Source: Camelus dromedarius (taxonomy: Eukaryota). Taken from it: a DNA stretch of 64,000 nt. Position 1 is the first letter of the stretch; every line of letters begins with the position of its first letter. The DNA lies in contig NC_087437.1 of NCBI RefSeq assembly GCF_036321535.1, positions 69,380,001-69,444,000 of the forward strand. Direction: 5' to 3'. The position numbers and the translations under genes were made by a program. The notes below the pieces were generated by a model that ran no database searches, had not been told where the DNA came from, and saw only the letters and a list, made by a program, of their open reading frames with translations. Positions 37,151 to 50,737 of this stretch are shown here, one piece after another.

Positions 37151-38329
37151 GGAAAGCAGATACATAGGCAGGAAATCACAGTCTTGGTTCACAATGGCTA
37201 TGACTTCGGGAGTCTGGTGTATGAACAACAATGGCTATCTGCCTCAGCATATTGTGATGAGTAGTAAAAACAATTTGTCTGAAAGTGCTCTGTGAAAGTA
37301 AGAGGGGAATACAAATGCCAAGCATTTAGGAGTATGCTAATGTCTTCACTTTGCATCAGTTATACTGATGCCATCATTATGCAATACTATTTGCAAGGGG
37401 TTTTGAGTCTGTGAATGATGGGCATGCTTAGGGAACTGAGGAGGTGCATGTGGTATGTTGCAAGTCATTACAGACATAAACTTTCTATGTGGACATTAAA
37501 TCATATATTTTAACAACAATTGTGCCAGTTCAAAACTCATTACCAGTGTCCCTTGCATGAACTTTTACATTTGAGGCTGACAACTGATGAACTATGTGTT
37601 GAATAGCACCTTTCACTTTGGGTTGGAAATCTGTCCTTTGTAACTACTTTAGCACAACTCTAGTGAAAGCAGGAACCAAAGAAGGTTAAAAATAATGATT
37701 CAAATAAGGGTGCTTGAGTTATTGGGCAGTGTTCTAATTTTTACTGATAAGTTATAACTGAATGAAGTAGACTAACTAGGAAACATCTACATAAATGTCA
37801 GACAAAAAGTTTAAATAATTATTTGGAGTACAAAACACCGTGAAATGTGTCTAGAACTGTTCTGATTTTCAGCAGCAACCATTTGCTGTCTTTTGTTTGA
37901 GAAAATCTCTCAATATTCTACAAATCGTACTGATAGAATCCCTTCGCCCATCTTCAGGATACAGCCACCTTTGGGGCAAAGAGTGAATAATTAATAAACT
38001 TTCGGTGTAAAGAGTGAAAACAGCGTGTTGACACATTATTCTCTCTCAGGTCTTTAAAGGGATTTATAATAATAGTGATCATAATAGTTACGCATTTTAT
38101 TATGCTGGTTGCTTTGCCCTACTTACATGCCAGAGCATAATTCAGTAACAAAAACATGATAACTTTTATAGGTACCAAAAGAATTAGCCCATAAAACTAT
38201 TGGTCATCAAATCCCATCCTTTTTCGTATTTATTTACTTCTTCTCCTTTACTTCCTCAACCATGACGATGAGTAACTTATTACATCCTAAGGGGATTTTG
38301 TGACCATTTGTTTGCTGTACTCGCTGAAA

Positions 38330-38810
38330 GCAATCTCAAGTTACACCACCCATGTTAATTGCCCTCCCAGAAGCCTTCCCTATGGAACAGCTCTTTTCTT
38401 AGCAAGGTATATATTGAACTAGTTTAGCACCATATTTAATTCTTTAACTTTTAAGAGAAGTATGAAAATACAAAACATCTGGGACAAGCAATCTAAATAC
38501 CCGAATCTTCGTATCTTCCAGTTTGGTAATTAGCTCACGTAGCATCTTGTTTGTTGCCTGTCTTTCCCTTACTGTAGTTGTAATCTTGTGTTCATTTAAG
38601 CAGTTATTTGTTTTATGTCTGGCTTCTACTCCAAGTGAGTTCCAAGTTCCTCAAGGGCAGGGACTATGTCCATCTAATCCAGGGACATGTCCCCCAGAAA
38701 AGCATGGTACCCAGCATCCGTTCATTGTACGTATCCTGCTAGTGCCCTTGGGACTAATTATTAGCTATAATCTTAAAAAACATTTGTCATATGAAAAAAT
38801 GGTTGACTGA
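38330..38810 (+). mobile_element. L2 3' fragment
   Basis: 'cctcccagaagccttccct' and 'aagttcctcaagggcagggactatgtc'. Confidence 0.6.
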
Positions 38811-39869
38811 AAATGAGTACACATCTCAAGATCTGAGCCCAAGCTGTTTGTAATAATGTCTTTATAAATATACATGTACTTAGATACTATTTCTTTGGTC
38901 AAGTGCAAACATGCTATTTAAAAAATAATCAACAAAGAAACTGAGCAGTCAAAAGTATTTTTTCTAGTCATAATTGGTTAGATATAATTTTATCACATTT
39001 TTTCTGACATTAGTATCCTTGGGGGCCATCAAGCATGTTCATCTAATCAATTTTTCCCTCTCTAACCTCTTCCATCTACTGAAATTTCCTGTTCAGTCCT
39101 CAGGTATCAAGCATAGACAGAGTTTTCTCCTGGGAGGTGCGTAAGTACAGAAGTTATGCACCCCAGTGATCTTCCTAGTGTATTTGTTTGCTGAGCTGAG
39201 GAATTATGTGAGGAAGTGATTACAGATGAAATTGTCTCCAGGAGATGTACTGCAAAGGTTGTTGCGGTTTGTGGGAAATGAGGTTGCAGCCTAAAGCATC
39301 AGGAGCAGGCAGGAAGAAGCCTTCATCTGTGAGTCCTTGTTTTCAACCTCTTTGACTATACTCTTGGAGAAATTGAGACTAGGATGCAAACATCAGGGTC
39401 ATTCTTCAGAAAATGAGAGGAGGCCACTGCTGTCCACAGGCACTTTTTTTTTTTAAGTTTTAGAAATTGAGTAGCTGAGACCTGTACAGAGGCCCTGAGA
39501 TGCAACATCTTTTCACGAACTATGAAATGATTGAAACTCAATCTGATAGAACCCCAGGGATTCAGACTACTTCAGGAGGAGAAGAGTGGAAAGCAAAGAC
39601 AGTTAAGACCAGATTGCATTTGAAGGAGCTTCAGGTAGGAGGTTTTTATCAAGAGAGAACTTGCAGTTTTATACCAAAATGCCTCCTTAATATCTTTAAA
39701 TTTGTTTAATTTTTAAATTTGTTTTTGTCATTACCTATTTTGAAGGCTAAGAGAGACAGTCAGAAGAGAAATAGATTTGGTTTATCTTGGGCTCCCAAGT
39801 ACCAAGAACATGTTCCTTTTCATTGGTAGCCTTCTTTAGGCCAGCAGAATATCTGTTAACCTATATTCA

Positions 39870-40375
39870 CCATAATCCTTCTTAGCATTCATAGGATGCA
39901 CCCCTAATCCATCCTCTACCATTTCCCTGGTTTAGATAATAAGACCCAAATGTATAATCACCTCCCAGCTGATCTGCCTGCTCTGACCTCTGCCTTTCTG
40001 CATGCATGTGTATGCACGTGCAGTACGTGCAAATTCCCATTAACACACAACATACGCACAGGACTATCAGAATGAGTGCCCTTAAAGACAGATGTCGCTA
40101 TGTACTTACCCTGCTTTCAGTGTTTTTTCATGTAAAATCTAAACTCCTCTCTCCTTCATTCAAAACTCCATTGATTTAACTCCAATTTCCCTGATAAAAC
40201 CTAGCATGATTTGCCATGCATCCTAGCAGCTATGTTATGGAAGCGTTATCCTCTCTTTGTAGATTGTGAACTCCCACAAGTTGGAGGCATTTATCAATTT
40301 CCGCATTCCTAGAAAAAGTAGGATGCAATTTCAGTTTTCACATAGTACGTGCTCAGTAGGTGCTGAACGAATGGG
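39870..40375 (+). mobile_element. L2 3' fragment
   Basis: 'tagattgtgaactcc...catagtacgtgctcagtaggtgctgaacgaatg' terminus, with upstream pyrimidine-rich L2 body motifs. Confidence 0.6.
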
Positions 40376-40996
40376 TAACTACTTTTAGTGATTTTGAGAG
40401 TGATCTCATCTAGGCCATTAGAAAAACTGATAAAATTATCACTACCACCCCCCTTTTTTTCTCCCTGAGAAATGGATTTTTACAAAATCCTTTGATGAGA
40501 TCTGTTATACTTCTCATCCCTGAATGATTCTGAAGAAACTTTAAAATTTTTTTCAAACATCCCTTTTTTATTTACACTTGCTCCTGATCTTGTTCATAAT
40601 GTAGTATTTCATATTGTAAAATATACGCAAACCCCCTTGGCTACATTGTAAAAACTTTCAGATCTATTTTACAATTATTGAATCTCAAGAGGGCTATGTC
40701 ATGCCTGCCCTGTGAGAGATTTATTACGTGTATATTCTTTATACTATATGGATTCCTGTTAACTTTGATCAGAGTGAGGTATCTCCCCTTTGATTTTGGA
40801 CAAGTTCCTCTTGTCACTTATAAAACGTGGGATCCAAACATTCTTTACCCTAAATCTCTGAGACATACTACAATTCAGAAGTGTCAGCCTTGGGAATTAC
40901 TGTCCTTTCCTACAATCAGTGCTCCCGACACAGCGGCAACACAGGTGCCCAACACTGTGTCTGGGAACTGCAGTGTACTTCTCAAAGCTTTCGAGG

Positions 40997-41180
40997 CAGT
41001 GGCTTTTAAAGCAGGTCCCAATGACTCTCAGCATGTAAAGTACTTCTAAAGACGTTTCCTAATAAAAAAAAAAAAACTACAATTTTTGCCAACTTTGCTT
41101 TTGTTATTTTTTATAACTTGGATTCCAAGCAAATTTTTACTTTGGAAAACAGCATTCACAAAACAACAAAATTTCCAAAG
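40997..41180. mobile_element. MER103-like hAT-Charlie MITE
   Basis: Starts 'cagtggcttttaaa' and contains 'ggattccaagcaaattttactttggaaaacagcattc'. Confidence 0.5.
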
Positions 41181-41559
41181 GTTAAAAAAATGAAATCAAT
41201 TTCATTGCATTAAAAATTCACTTCAGTTCTAGAAATAAATAAAATAAACTGAAGAAATGAAAAAAAGTGAAATCAACCATATTAGGGGACAAATACAAAG
41301 ATATGGAAAACTGATACTAACCTTAAATAATCCTTCAAATATTAGAAGCTTTTGATACCCATTTCTCACTTTTTTTTGATACTCATCCCATCTGAAAGTC
41401 ACTTATGGAGGCAGAATGTTATTGCTTTGTTTCACATTCCCTTCCTCCTCATCATATGGTTCAAGATTCAACTAGTATTTACTTCTTCTATGTGCCATAT
41501 ATTAGATATATTGCTAGTTCTAACTACTTCCAGCATACAACAAAATTACCCATGATTCC

Positions 41560-41898
41560 TGCTGTAGTGAGGATCTGTGTCTCCCCAGAATTCCTGTGTT
41601 AAAATCCTAATTCACAAACGTGATGCCATTAGTAGTCAGGGCCTTTGCGTGGCAGTTGGTGGGAATGGGATTAGTACCCTTATGAAAGAGACCCCCAGAC
41701 AGATTCCGAGTCCCTTCCTCAGTGTGAGGATACAAGGAGAAGTCTGCAGTCTGAAAGAGGGCCCTCAGCCGACCATGCTGACACCCTGATCTTGGACGTC
41801 CAGCCTGCACAGCTGTGAGAAATACATTTCTATTGTGTATAAGCCACACAGTCACTGGTATTTTGTTACAGCAGCCTGAACCTGAATGGACTTAGTTA
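41560..41898 (+). mobile_element. MLT1A-like ERVL-MaLR solo LTR
   Basis: 'aatgggattagtacccttatgaaagagacccc', 'gaccatgctgacaccctgatcttggac.tccagcct', 'ctgtgagaaatacatttct', 'ggtattttgttacagcagcc'. Confidence 0.9.
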
Positions 41899-42929
41899 CC
41901 ACTTATGATCTAGTAGGATTACATTTTGATATCCATCATTTCTGACACTGAGGAAGAGACTTTGCTTCCTTATTTGATGGGTTATTTGTTTGCTTGGTTG
42001 GTTTTTTGGTGCCTCCTTCATTAATTTGACAGGTAAAATCATGGCAGTATATGTATTGAGACTGGGCATGATCATGACATGGTGCTAATTGTTCTTAGAT
42101 ATTCAACAATTTTTGTCAATGATGCATTGTGTTCCAATTTTAAACATAGAATGATTACTTCTGTACTACTCCTGTGCTTTAGTATTTCTTTCATTTTCTT
42201 CTTGTGCATTTTTTCTGCAGACTTTTGCCTTCCTAACTCTTTGAGGGCAAAGGTTATCTCTCATCCATCTGTGAATTGCTCCATCTCCTACTGCTTCTAG
42301 TGCAATTATTTGCACATACAGGGTACTCAATAATTATGTCTGAAAATACCAGTTATTTTATTTCTCCATTTTTGACTCTACTGGTGAGGAAAGTGATTGA
42401 AATATTGCAGGTTTTTTTAGCCTCAGGCCAAGCTTTATCACGGTGGAGAACTATTTTTCACAAGAATATTATATCAGAAATGTATGCACCCCGTAAAGTG
42501 TTAAACCAGGCGACCTCTAAGCTCCTTCTACCTCTCCATTTTTATGATTCTGTGTTATTGCACAAAGGTGCAATTTTATAAACAAAAAAGTAAGTCTGCC
42601 TTTGGAAGTTAGGCTTTTACATCTTTCAATTTGAGCTTTCATTGGATTTACTGTAACCATTAGCACAATGTTCTTTGCATTGAACTTAAAGCACCAGGAA
42701 ACTTGGCTCTGCCTCTTAGCACAGAAATGCCTTCATCGTGAGCCATCATGCAAAGATGTCTGCTTGCACCTCTAGGACACCACCTTTGACCCAGCCTCCC
42801 CACTCCCACCCCAAAGTAAAGGGCATGATTCTAAGATGTGTGTATATGGGATTCTGTTTGGTCATGCATGAGTGCTGTCGCAAATCTGTTTCCTCCTCAT
42901 ATTCCTTGGTCATATACCTCTCCTACAGT

Positions 42930-43610
42930 CATTTAATCAGTATTTATTGAGTATTCCCCGGCTTCCCAGGATTGATCCAAACGCTTTGGTGGAGTCAAAG
43001 AAATAGGAGGATATATCCTTGGCCTTGCAGAGCATAATAGTCTGATGGAGGAGACCTAAAAATTATCTGGAGAATGGTAATCTCATATGTTTTGGGACAA
43101 TTTTGACACATTATGAGAAAATATCATCACATAAGCTAAAGTTCCAGTGGTGAATTTATTTATTAAGGAAGAATTCTTGGAGTCTAGACTTGTCCTTACA
43201 TTGATGGAGAAGCCATTTGGAAGGGGACAGAGGACAGGTGGCATTAGCCAACGCAAAAAGATGAGATACAAAAAAATAAGGCCAGGTGATGGGGACTGGG
43301 TTAAGCAAAGGGAGATATATATAGTCAAATTCAAAGACAATAATGAAAAAGAGAGAGGTGGATGGGCAATTTGGAAAGGGAATTGGTAGAGCTTGTATAT
43401 GATATGATAGACAGCGGGGAGCCACTCTACATGATTTGAATGAAGTGAATATTGTATTTGAAATAGACTTAGCTATATGTAGAGAAGGAGCAGAAAGATG
43501 AGAAAGTTGGACCCCAAAATCCCCCTATGATGTAATAAGTTGCTCATTATCACGCTTGTGGAAGTGAAGGAGAAGGGACAAAAATGGAATATGACTGGAT
43601 TTGATGGCCA
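42930..43610 (-). mobile_element. L2 fragment(s)
   Basis: 'catttaatcagtatttattgag...tccttggccttgcagagcataatagtctgatggaggagac', with later 'gacagcggggagccact'. Confidence 0.6.
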
Positions 43611-45829
43611 GTAATTTCATAGAGTATTCTTTTGATGCTTTTTAATGAAGTTATCTTGTTTTCTTTACCAAATAATGCCTCTGTTCTATGAGTAGGGCAA
43701 AAGAATGAGCATAATAAAAGACAGCTATTATGATTGCTATTATTATAAAATCCCCTTGAAGATTTGAAGAGAGAATGATTGTCTTAATGTGTTGTTTTGT
43801 GGGCCAGTGCTATACTAAACAGCTATTACTTTTTACCCTAAGGTGGCTGCAAACTGAAGGTGGGGGAGTTAATACCCAAGAATATGGCTTGTAGAATATT
43901 TAGGGATCAGCTCAAATAAAAGGTGCCATATAAATGCAAGGTATCATTACCAATAGTCATAACAATGTTGGTTGTTATTGTTGTCTTGGGAAGTTTATAA
44001 GAACTAATTGCAGTGGTAGCTCATACGTACTGCAGCCATAAGCTGTAAGAAATAATCTTTTGAGTAATAATATTAAATATGTCCAAAGGCAGCTATACAG
44101 CCTTTGGAAAGAAATGAGACTACTTTGATTTTTACCTGTGACAATGTACAACCTGGCATTTTCTGATTTGGGAAAGTTCTGAGTCTGGAAATTAAACTGT
44201 CAGAGTTGAAAGTATGGGAATGTGAGGACCAAAAACTGTTTAATCAAAGTGCAGATACTTTTTCAAAAGGGGTAGAAAATAGATTGTCCAATAACAATGT
44301 AACTGTGTGAAATGCATCTTCGGAACAAAGAAAGATGGAAGGAGAGGAAGAAGGCAAGAAAAACCAGAGATTACTTTTCCTATGGTTACGAAAAAGAAAA
44401 TGTTTCTCCCTCTTTCTCTGTTTCATCTATCATGCCAGCCATAACATCAACTGTTACATAAACTCTATCTTTACCTTTAATTAAAAAACTTGCCTTTAAA
44501 CTTCTTTTATAACTCAATAATCCAATTTCTAGGTTTTCAAAATATTTGATGATAGATCAAAAACATACACATCAGAGAGAGAGGTATAGAGACAGACAGA
44601 AAGACAGAGAGATTTCCATCTTTAAGATTAAATAGTCCTCTTCCTGCTGTAAAGAAAGTGGTCATAGAAGGTAATGGCAAATAGCTTATCTGTCTTTTAA
44701 CTCTTGAGTTCTTAGCGGACATTTGGCACAGGACTGTAAATTCTAGACTTACTGTTAATGTCTTTCTAATGGATCTTTATTATCTACACGCTGATCAGTG
44801 TTTAGCCATTTAATTGATGCACTGAAAAGACCACAGTATATATATCACACTCTGTTACTCCAAAGTTAGGAGAAGCAATTAAAATAAATATTGTGGGATT
44901 TTCCCAAACAGGGCCTTCCTCTACTTAACCAATGTTTAGGACAGCTGACCTGCCTCTTTTAACTAACATAAAATGCATGCCTATTGAAAGAAGTAGATGC
45001 TAAGATTTTTGCACTATTGACAGTTTATTTCACTCTTTCTATCTTATTTGAGAAGGTGGAAATCTTTTCTCTCCTACAGTCATTTCTCTCACTATTTTCC
45101 AGTGGTGACTGTAGGTGTGGAGATTTTGTCCTGTCTCCTCTCGTAAAGTGGGGCGTGGAGGGGAAGAAACGCTTCACTCAGCAATGCCGGTATAAGTAAA
45201 CTGATCCTCACTTTCGGGTTGTTAGGCAAAGCTTGAATCACAACTCACAACATCGATAACCCTAATGATTCTAGAAGCGGACCTGCTTGAGAGAATGATG
45301 GAGAGTAACTAGGGGCTTACATTTCTATCCCATATCCTCGCCTTAATATTGCTACCATCCTCCTTGGGAGTTTTCAAATGCTCTTAAACTTATGTTTGAA
45401 GTTGCCTTTATCCTTTATCCCCACTGCATTTTCTCTTCTCTGTTAAAAGCTTAAGCAAAATATAAATACAGTTGATCTGAAAGCCCCAGTAACAAATTCC
45501 AGATATTTATATCTGGTTCCTATGAATATTCTTACACCTAGCAGAAGTTAGAGACGATGATAATTAGCTTAAAAGAACTTAAGAGCTTTCAACAAAATTT
45601 GAAAGAAAAACCTTAAGACAATGGAATTGCTAATAAACATCGAGGTTTACTTCTCACCTGTTCTGTATGGGGAAATTTTAAACCTTTTGCCATCAAGTTA
45701 TGTAGGACTGGGGACATTCAAACAGCCAGCTACAACCGCTACATCATCGGAGGTCTTGTCTTTGTTTACCAGCCTATACCTGTACCTGACAATGATGTAG
45801 AAGATCAATTGTTGCTTATAAAATAAATT

Positions 45830-45952
45830 GAGGGGGACTGTAGGATGAAACTATTCTGTCTTTATTGTATTGGCAGTTACATGACTGTATGCATTTTCCA
45901 AATTTAATAGAACTGTATACCAAATAAATTTATTTTTGTATGTAAATAAAGT
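45830..45952 (+). mobile_element. Old L1 (L1MC/ME) 3' terminal fragment
   Basis: 'gatgaaactattctgtc...ggcagttacatgactgtatgcatttt.caaa...atagaactgtatacc'. Confidence 0.7.
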
Positions 45953-46554
45953 GTTTTTTGAGTGAATACATGCTCTCCTCATAAAGAATCCACACATGAG
46001 CATTCATTCTCTCCTTTGTTCATCGGCCATTTTTTGAGGAACTGCAATGCCCTGGGCACTGTGTTAAACTCCAAAGAAATACTGATAAATAATCTCTGCC
46101 CCTCCCATCTAGGAGCCTCTTCTCCACCTGCTCCTTCTACTTCTACCTCTAGTACTTCCTTTATGATGTCACCTTATCTTACTAGGACCAATGGAACAGT
46201 TCCTTAGAGGAAAGTGGGTTCAGAGGTTCTAGACCCTTTGGGCTCAGAGATGCTACAGCCAACTTGACATGACTCAAGGCTAGAACGAAGTCCTATTTCA
46301 GTGATATCATGGGTAACAAGTAGTTGTGCAGGTATTTTTAAAAAAATACTTGCTGACAAAAATATGGTCTGTGTTCAAAATGATAGATAAAAAAATCAGA
46401 TCATCAGATAGGACTCACCTGTAGTTCAGTTGATGGATTTTCATTTGGGAAGAAAGATAACATGGTGATGTTATTAAAAAGTAAGAGGAATAGTGAGAGT
46501 ATTAGTGCTTTGAGTGTAGTGATCAGACTTGGTTACCTACCTAATATAACTCAA

Positions 46555-47210
46555 TTATGTTAGAGTTTCTATTCTCCCACATGATTCAATGTAAAGCGAC
46601 TCTTTTTCCACCTAATAAATTAATCTAAACCAATAATAGTAATTTCATTCCTCTTCTCAGTGATCAGTTTAGAATTTAAAATAGCTAATACTGATTAAAC
46701 ATTCATTATGTGCCAGGTACCTTTCTAAGTGTTTGCTTTGTGTTAACCCAAATAATCATCATGACAATCCAATGAGGAAGGTAGTACTGACATCCTCATA
46801 TTATAGATAAAGAATCTGAAGCACAGAGAAATAAAGTAATTGCCCAGAGACATGCAAGCATGAGTTGTAATGCTAAAATTCAAAGTCAAGCCGTCTTTTT
46901 CTATTTTGTTTTCCTGCTCTTAACTAATATTTTATTCTGTACACAACCCTATGCTGGCCAATGATATGTGAGAAAAAAAAATTGCTGGGAATTTCTTAGA
47001 GAGTTTCCTTGCACCTGAGAATTGAACCAACACAGAGAGAGGAGAATTGTCGGGAAACTCAGAGAAGCAAAGCCAATGATCTGACATGCCACCCCGGAGC
47101 CTGCCCTACCTCTGCCCTTCTTGTTATGTTAGATAATAAACATCTGCATTGTCTATATCCTATGTCAGGATTTTCTCTTTTTTTATAGTCAAAAACATCC
47201 AAGCAGTTAT
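46555..47210 (+). mobile_element. MLT1J-like LTR interrupted by a MIR
   Basis: Left part 'ctaaaccaataatagtaatttcattcctctt..cagtgatcagtttag'. Right part resumes 'ctggccaatgatatgtgag...ccctacctctgcccttcttgttatgttagataataaac'. Confidence 0.7.
46681..46930 (-). mobile_element. Near full-length MIR nested in MLT1J-like LTR
   Basis: 'atagctaatac...tatgtgccagg...catattatagataaagaatctgaagcacagagaaataaagtaattgccca'. Confidence 0.85.
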
Positions 47211-47239
47211 TAATATATTGAATGCTAATCCCACTTCTT

Positions 47240-47420
47240 GTCACCTAGCAAGTGTGTTACACATACTATCTTATGTTATTCTCACAACCTCAAATAGGTT
47301 TTAGTATACCCCTCTTCAGACTAAGGGTTAGAGAGATTAATTTGCCACAATCATATAGCAAGTAAGAGACAGAGGTCAGTATATTGGACTCCAGAACCCA
47401 TGTTTTTAAACATTCTGCAA
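47240..47420 (-). mobile_element. MIR fragment
   Basis: 'ttattctcacaacc...gactaagggttagagagattaatttgccacaatcatatagcaagtaag...gactccagaacccatg'. Confidence 0.65.
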
Positions 47421-47780
47421 AACTGTCTTTCCCAATCATAAAATTAATTATTCCACAACAATAAACTTTTTATCCAATGCTTGTAACACAAAGCAAGTTT
47501 TACATTTTATAATATCTATCTATCTCTATCTACAAAGCCTCTTAAATTAGTAAAAGAAGCAGTCACTAGCAAGCGCATTACACAATTTATCTTATACTGT
47601 TAGTCAATTAGATTGAATCATAAATACTGGTCTCTGATTGGCTTTTACAAGTTAAGGCAACTGATAGCTAAAATTTCTTTTTTTTCTTTTTACTTTTTCT
47701 TATTTTCAATGTAAATTGAAAAAAATTTTAAATTGACTTTTACTTAGTTATGTTATGCATATGACTTACCTTAAATATAT

Positions 47781-47979
47781 ACATTTTTATTGAGTTATAG
47801 TCATTTTGCAATGTTGTGTCAAATTTCAATGTACAGCACAATTTTTCAGTTATATATGAACATACATACATTCCTTTTCACATTCTCTTTCGCTGTGAGC
47901 CACCACAAGATCCTATATATATTTCCCTCTGCTATACAGTACAATCTTGTTTCTCTATTCTACATTTTGAAATCCCAGT
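47781..47979 (-). mobile_element. Young L1 3' terminus (second camelid-type subfamily)
   Basis: 'acatttttattgagttatagtcattttgcaatgttgtgtcaaatttc...cagcacaatttttcagtt...atttccctctgctatacagt' is related to, but diverged from, the 25896 and 34402 copies. Confidence 0.85.
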
Positions 47980-50129
47980 TCCTTTTTATTGCATTCCCTT
48001 ATTAAAGAGAAACTTGAAAAATGTGTGGTGTCTTAAAAATCTAAACATTACGGTAGAGCACACAGACAAACGCAAGAAACACAAGAAACACAAGAAATGG
48101 ATTAAAGACTAGCAGGGGACCTGGCTGTATGATCATGATTTCTCAGAGATGAGGTTTAAGCCCATCAATTATTAATAACAGTAGGGCTTTGGCTAAGAAA
48201 ATTGCCAGCGCCCACCGTTGGTGTTTACAGCCTGTAACAAGAGGCACAAGCTTTACTCAAACTCACACCCATTTATTTTAAAAACATACTGAGTGGCAGA
48301 CATTAAAAATAGATGAGTCTCGTTTCACAAGACCCACTGACAGTAATCAACAGCAGGAGTGGGAAGAAAAATAAATTAGATTTTTAAAACCTTTTCAGCT
48401 GAAATAATCAGTGGTCTTCTGATCCTACAAAGAATGGAATGAGTATAAAGACATCAAGTTATCTTTGGGGAGAATTACTTTTAAAATGTAAAACAAGGTT
48501 ATAGAAAACAAGTTTAATTTCTGGAGGGCTGTCCTTCTAGACCGTGATGGCTCTCTCTGCAGAGTGGGCAGTGTTGTGTCGGCCTCGCCGGGCTCCAGGC
48601 TTCCTGGAAACAGGCACAAGGACCGTGCCGCTCACTGCCACAGCTCTCATCATGGGAGGAAGAGAGTCATACGGGGATGAGATGAGAGGGAAGCAGGCTC
48701 TGGAAACTTAACCTGTGGCGGCACCTCAGACCCTGTGGTCCGCCCTTGCCCAGGCCTGTCTCTCTCATTTTGTTCCCGGTCTGGAAGTAAACTGCAAAAG
48801 AGCAAAAGATCTTCAAGAACAACTGTTCCACTGCTATGATTTACCAGAGGCAGTTTAGGGAGAAAAACACAATTTAAGTTTTGATATTTCCTGCCTTTTC
48901 GTTTTTCCCCGTATGCCTTTTCCCAACTCTTAAGTATAGGGAGTAAAATGATTTAATGAACAAATCAGTTTTAAAAGGAGGCTATCGCTGTCTGTTTTAA
49001 GGGAATTTCCATTTTTAAAAGGAGATACCAGTATGAAAGCAGAATTCAGTTTCACGTTTAGAAGTATATAATGAGTTGTACTGTGTTTTCTGGTAATTAA
49101 ATTAAGAAACTGAACCTACAGTATCTTTTCTAATCCACAATGGCTCCTTGATTTCCCCTAAGCATTAATCCCTAATAGTGGAACTTCAGGCATCAGCAGG
49201 GGAGATGTTCAGGTCGTCAAGGCCATCCTGAGCCCTGTCAGCTTACACCACAGGGGCGCGTGCATCTTGCATGGCCAAGGGTATGCCAATCAATCCTGTC
49301 AGGACTTGCTAATAAGTCAGATGCTCAGGGAGCAGAGACAGGCACAGAAAACGAAAAAAATGCCTCCCACCACATGACTTTTGGGGGACATTCTTAGATG
49401 TTGTAAACATCAAAATCATCTCATTAAAATTTTACATTCTATGTCTGGGCTGGATTTCTATCAAAGGTCTATTTGGCAGTCGTAGTGAGGGGTGGATTGA
49501 TTGGAATAAAACTGACAATAAAATGATAGTTTTTTTTTCTTGTTTCAAATGTAAATGAATATCCTTTGATTCTTGGGAAATGTAGCCATAGTTCTGCTGC
49601 CCACACAGCACAGAGAGAGCTCCTCTCCAGCGATGTAATCTGTACCCTAACAAACCCATTGGTCAATAAGAAATAAAAACTCTCAGGATACTGTCCCCAA
49701 AACAAACACAGAGGTGATGGCTTGGTGAGGTCCTTTGTATTCTAAGAAGAAGGAACAATTTGAACTGATTTATATTTCCACTACTATGTCTTAAAATACT
49801 TAAAAAATACTGTAATGTGAATAGTTCCACTTATCCTAAGTACATGGGATCAACCTGCTGAGTCTGTTAGTACAAGGTTGTCATTCCTTTTTTGACTCTG
49901 TTCCTTCCCCTGCTCCCCTTACTTTCATCTCCTGGCTTCCTACTTGCTCCTGTCCTCTCACAAGTCCTTCGTCCCTTATCCAGTGCTGCTTCTTCTGATG
50001 TCTGTGCCACTCTTCCTGCTCTCCCTTCGGTCTTCACACTCACACCCAGATTTTTCTTTGTCCTGTTTACAAATTGGTTCTGCATAATAGTTCTATATAG
50101 ATGTAGGGTGGGGAGTGTTGGGAACATTA

Positions 50130-50251
50130 CATGCCAGCAGTATCTCCATGGGGGACAGGAACAGTATCTGCCTTGTCACTGCTTACATCACTTACACAGC
50201 GATGGGCTCATAGCAGACATTGGATGGATGGATGGATGGATGGATGGATGG
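50130..50251 (+). mobile_element. L2 3' end with expanded (TGGA)n tail
   Basis: 'ctccatgggggacaggaacagtatctgccttgtcactgct' followed by a (TGGA)n array at 50221-50252. Confidence 0.65.
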
Positions 50252-50339
50252 ACATATGGACCAGGTACAAATGCTATGATGCTTCATAAGATTCTGAGGC
50301 CTTTCTCATTTCAATTACCTTTTATAATTTTTATACATA

Positions 50340-50342
<3 letters not shown>

Positions 50343-50370
<28 letters not shown>
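50343..50370. repeat. (AC)n microsatellite
   Basis: Read directly. Confidence 0.95.
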
Positions 50371-50371
<1 letters not shown>

Positions 50372-50737
50372 TTTTTCTTTCCATCCTTTCTAAAGAATGG
50401 ATTTGTATAACAACCTTTTAGCCCAAATGATGATGTGAGAAATGTCTTCACTCTTATGCAATACAACTGCATAAATTACTTAATTTCTAAGCTATTTAAA
50501 TAGGTTCAGTGAGGTGATTTCAGGTCACAGGACTCTGCAGATGGACTCTGAATATTTACACTAGATTTTTTTTTCTGGTAGCAATGACTACATGTTTTGG
50601 GAGCCTGTGGTCTAACACAATTACAAAAAAAAATATGTACATACACAACACGCACATGTATACTTGGCCTTTTGTTGTTACTGTTTTATTTGTGCTGAGT
50701 ACCTGTGGTTGCTTAGGCTGATGATGTAAATTGAAAG

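Noticed and set aside
49244..49260. CTCF-like CCACAGGGGCGC
   Set aside because: The spacing does not fit the 14-bp core consensus.
49892..50410. 172-aa ORF as a membrane protein
   Set aside because: Non-ATG start; it runs through a pyrimidine-rich tract, an L2 end, (TGGA)n and (AC)n repeats; no recognisable domain.
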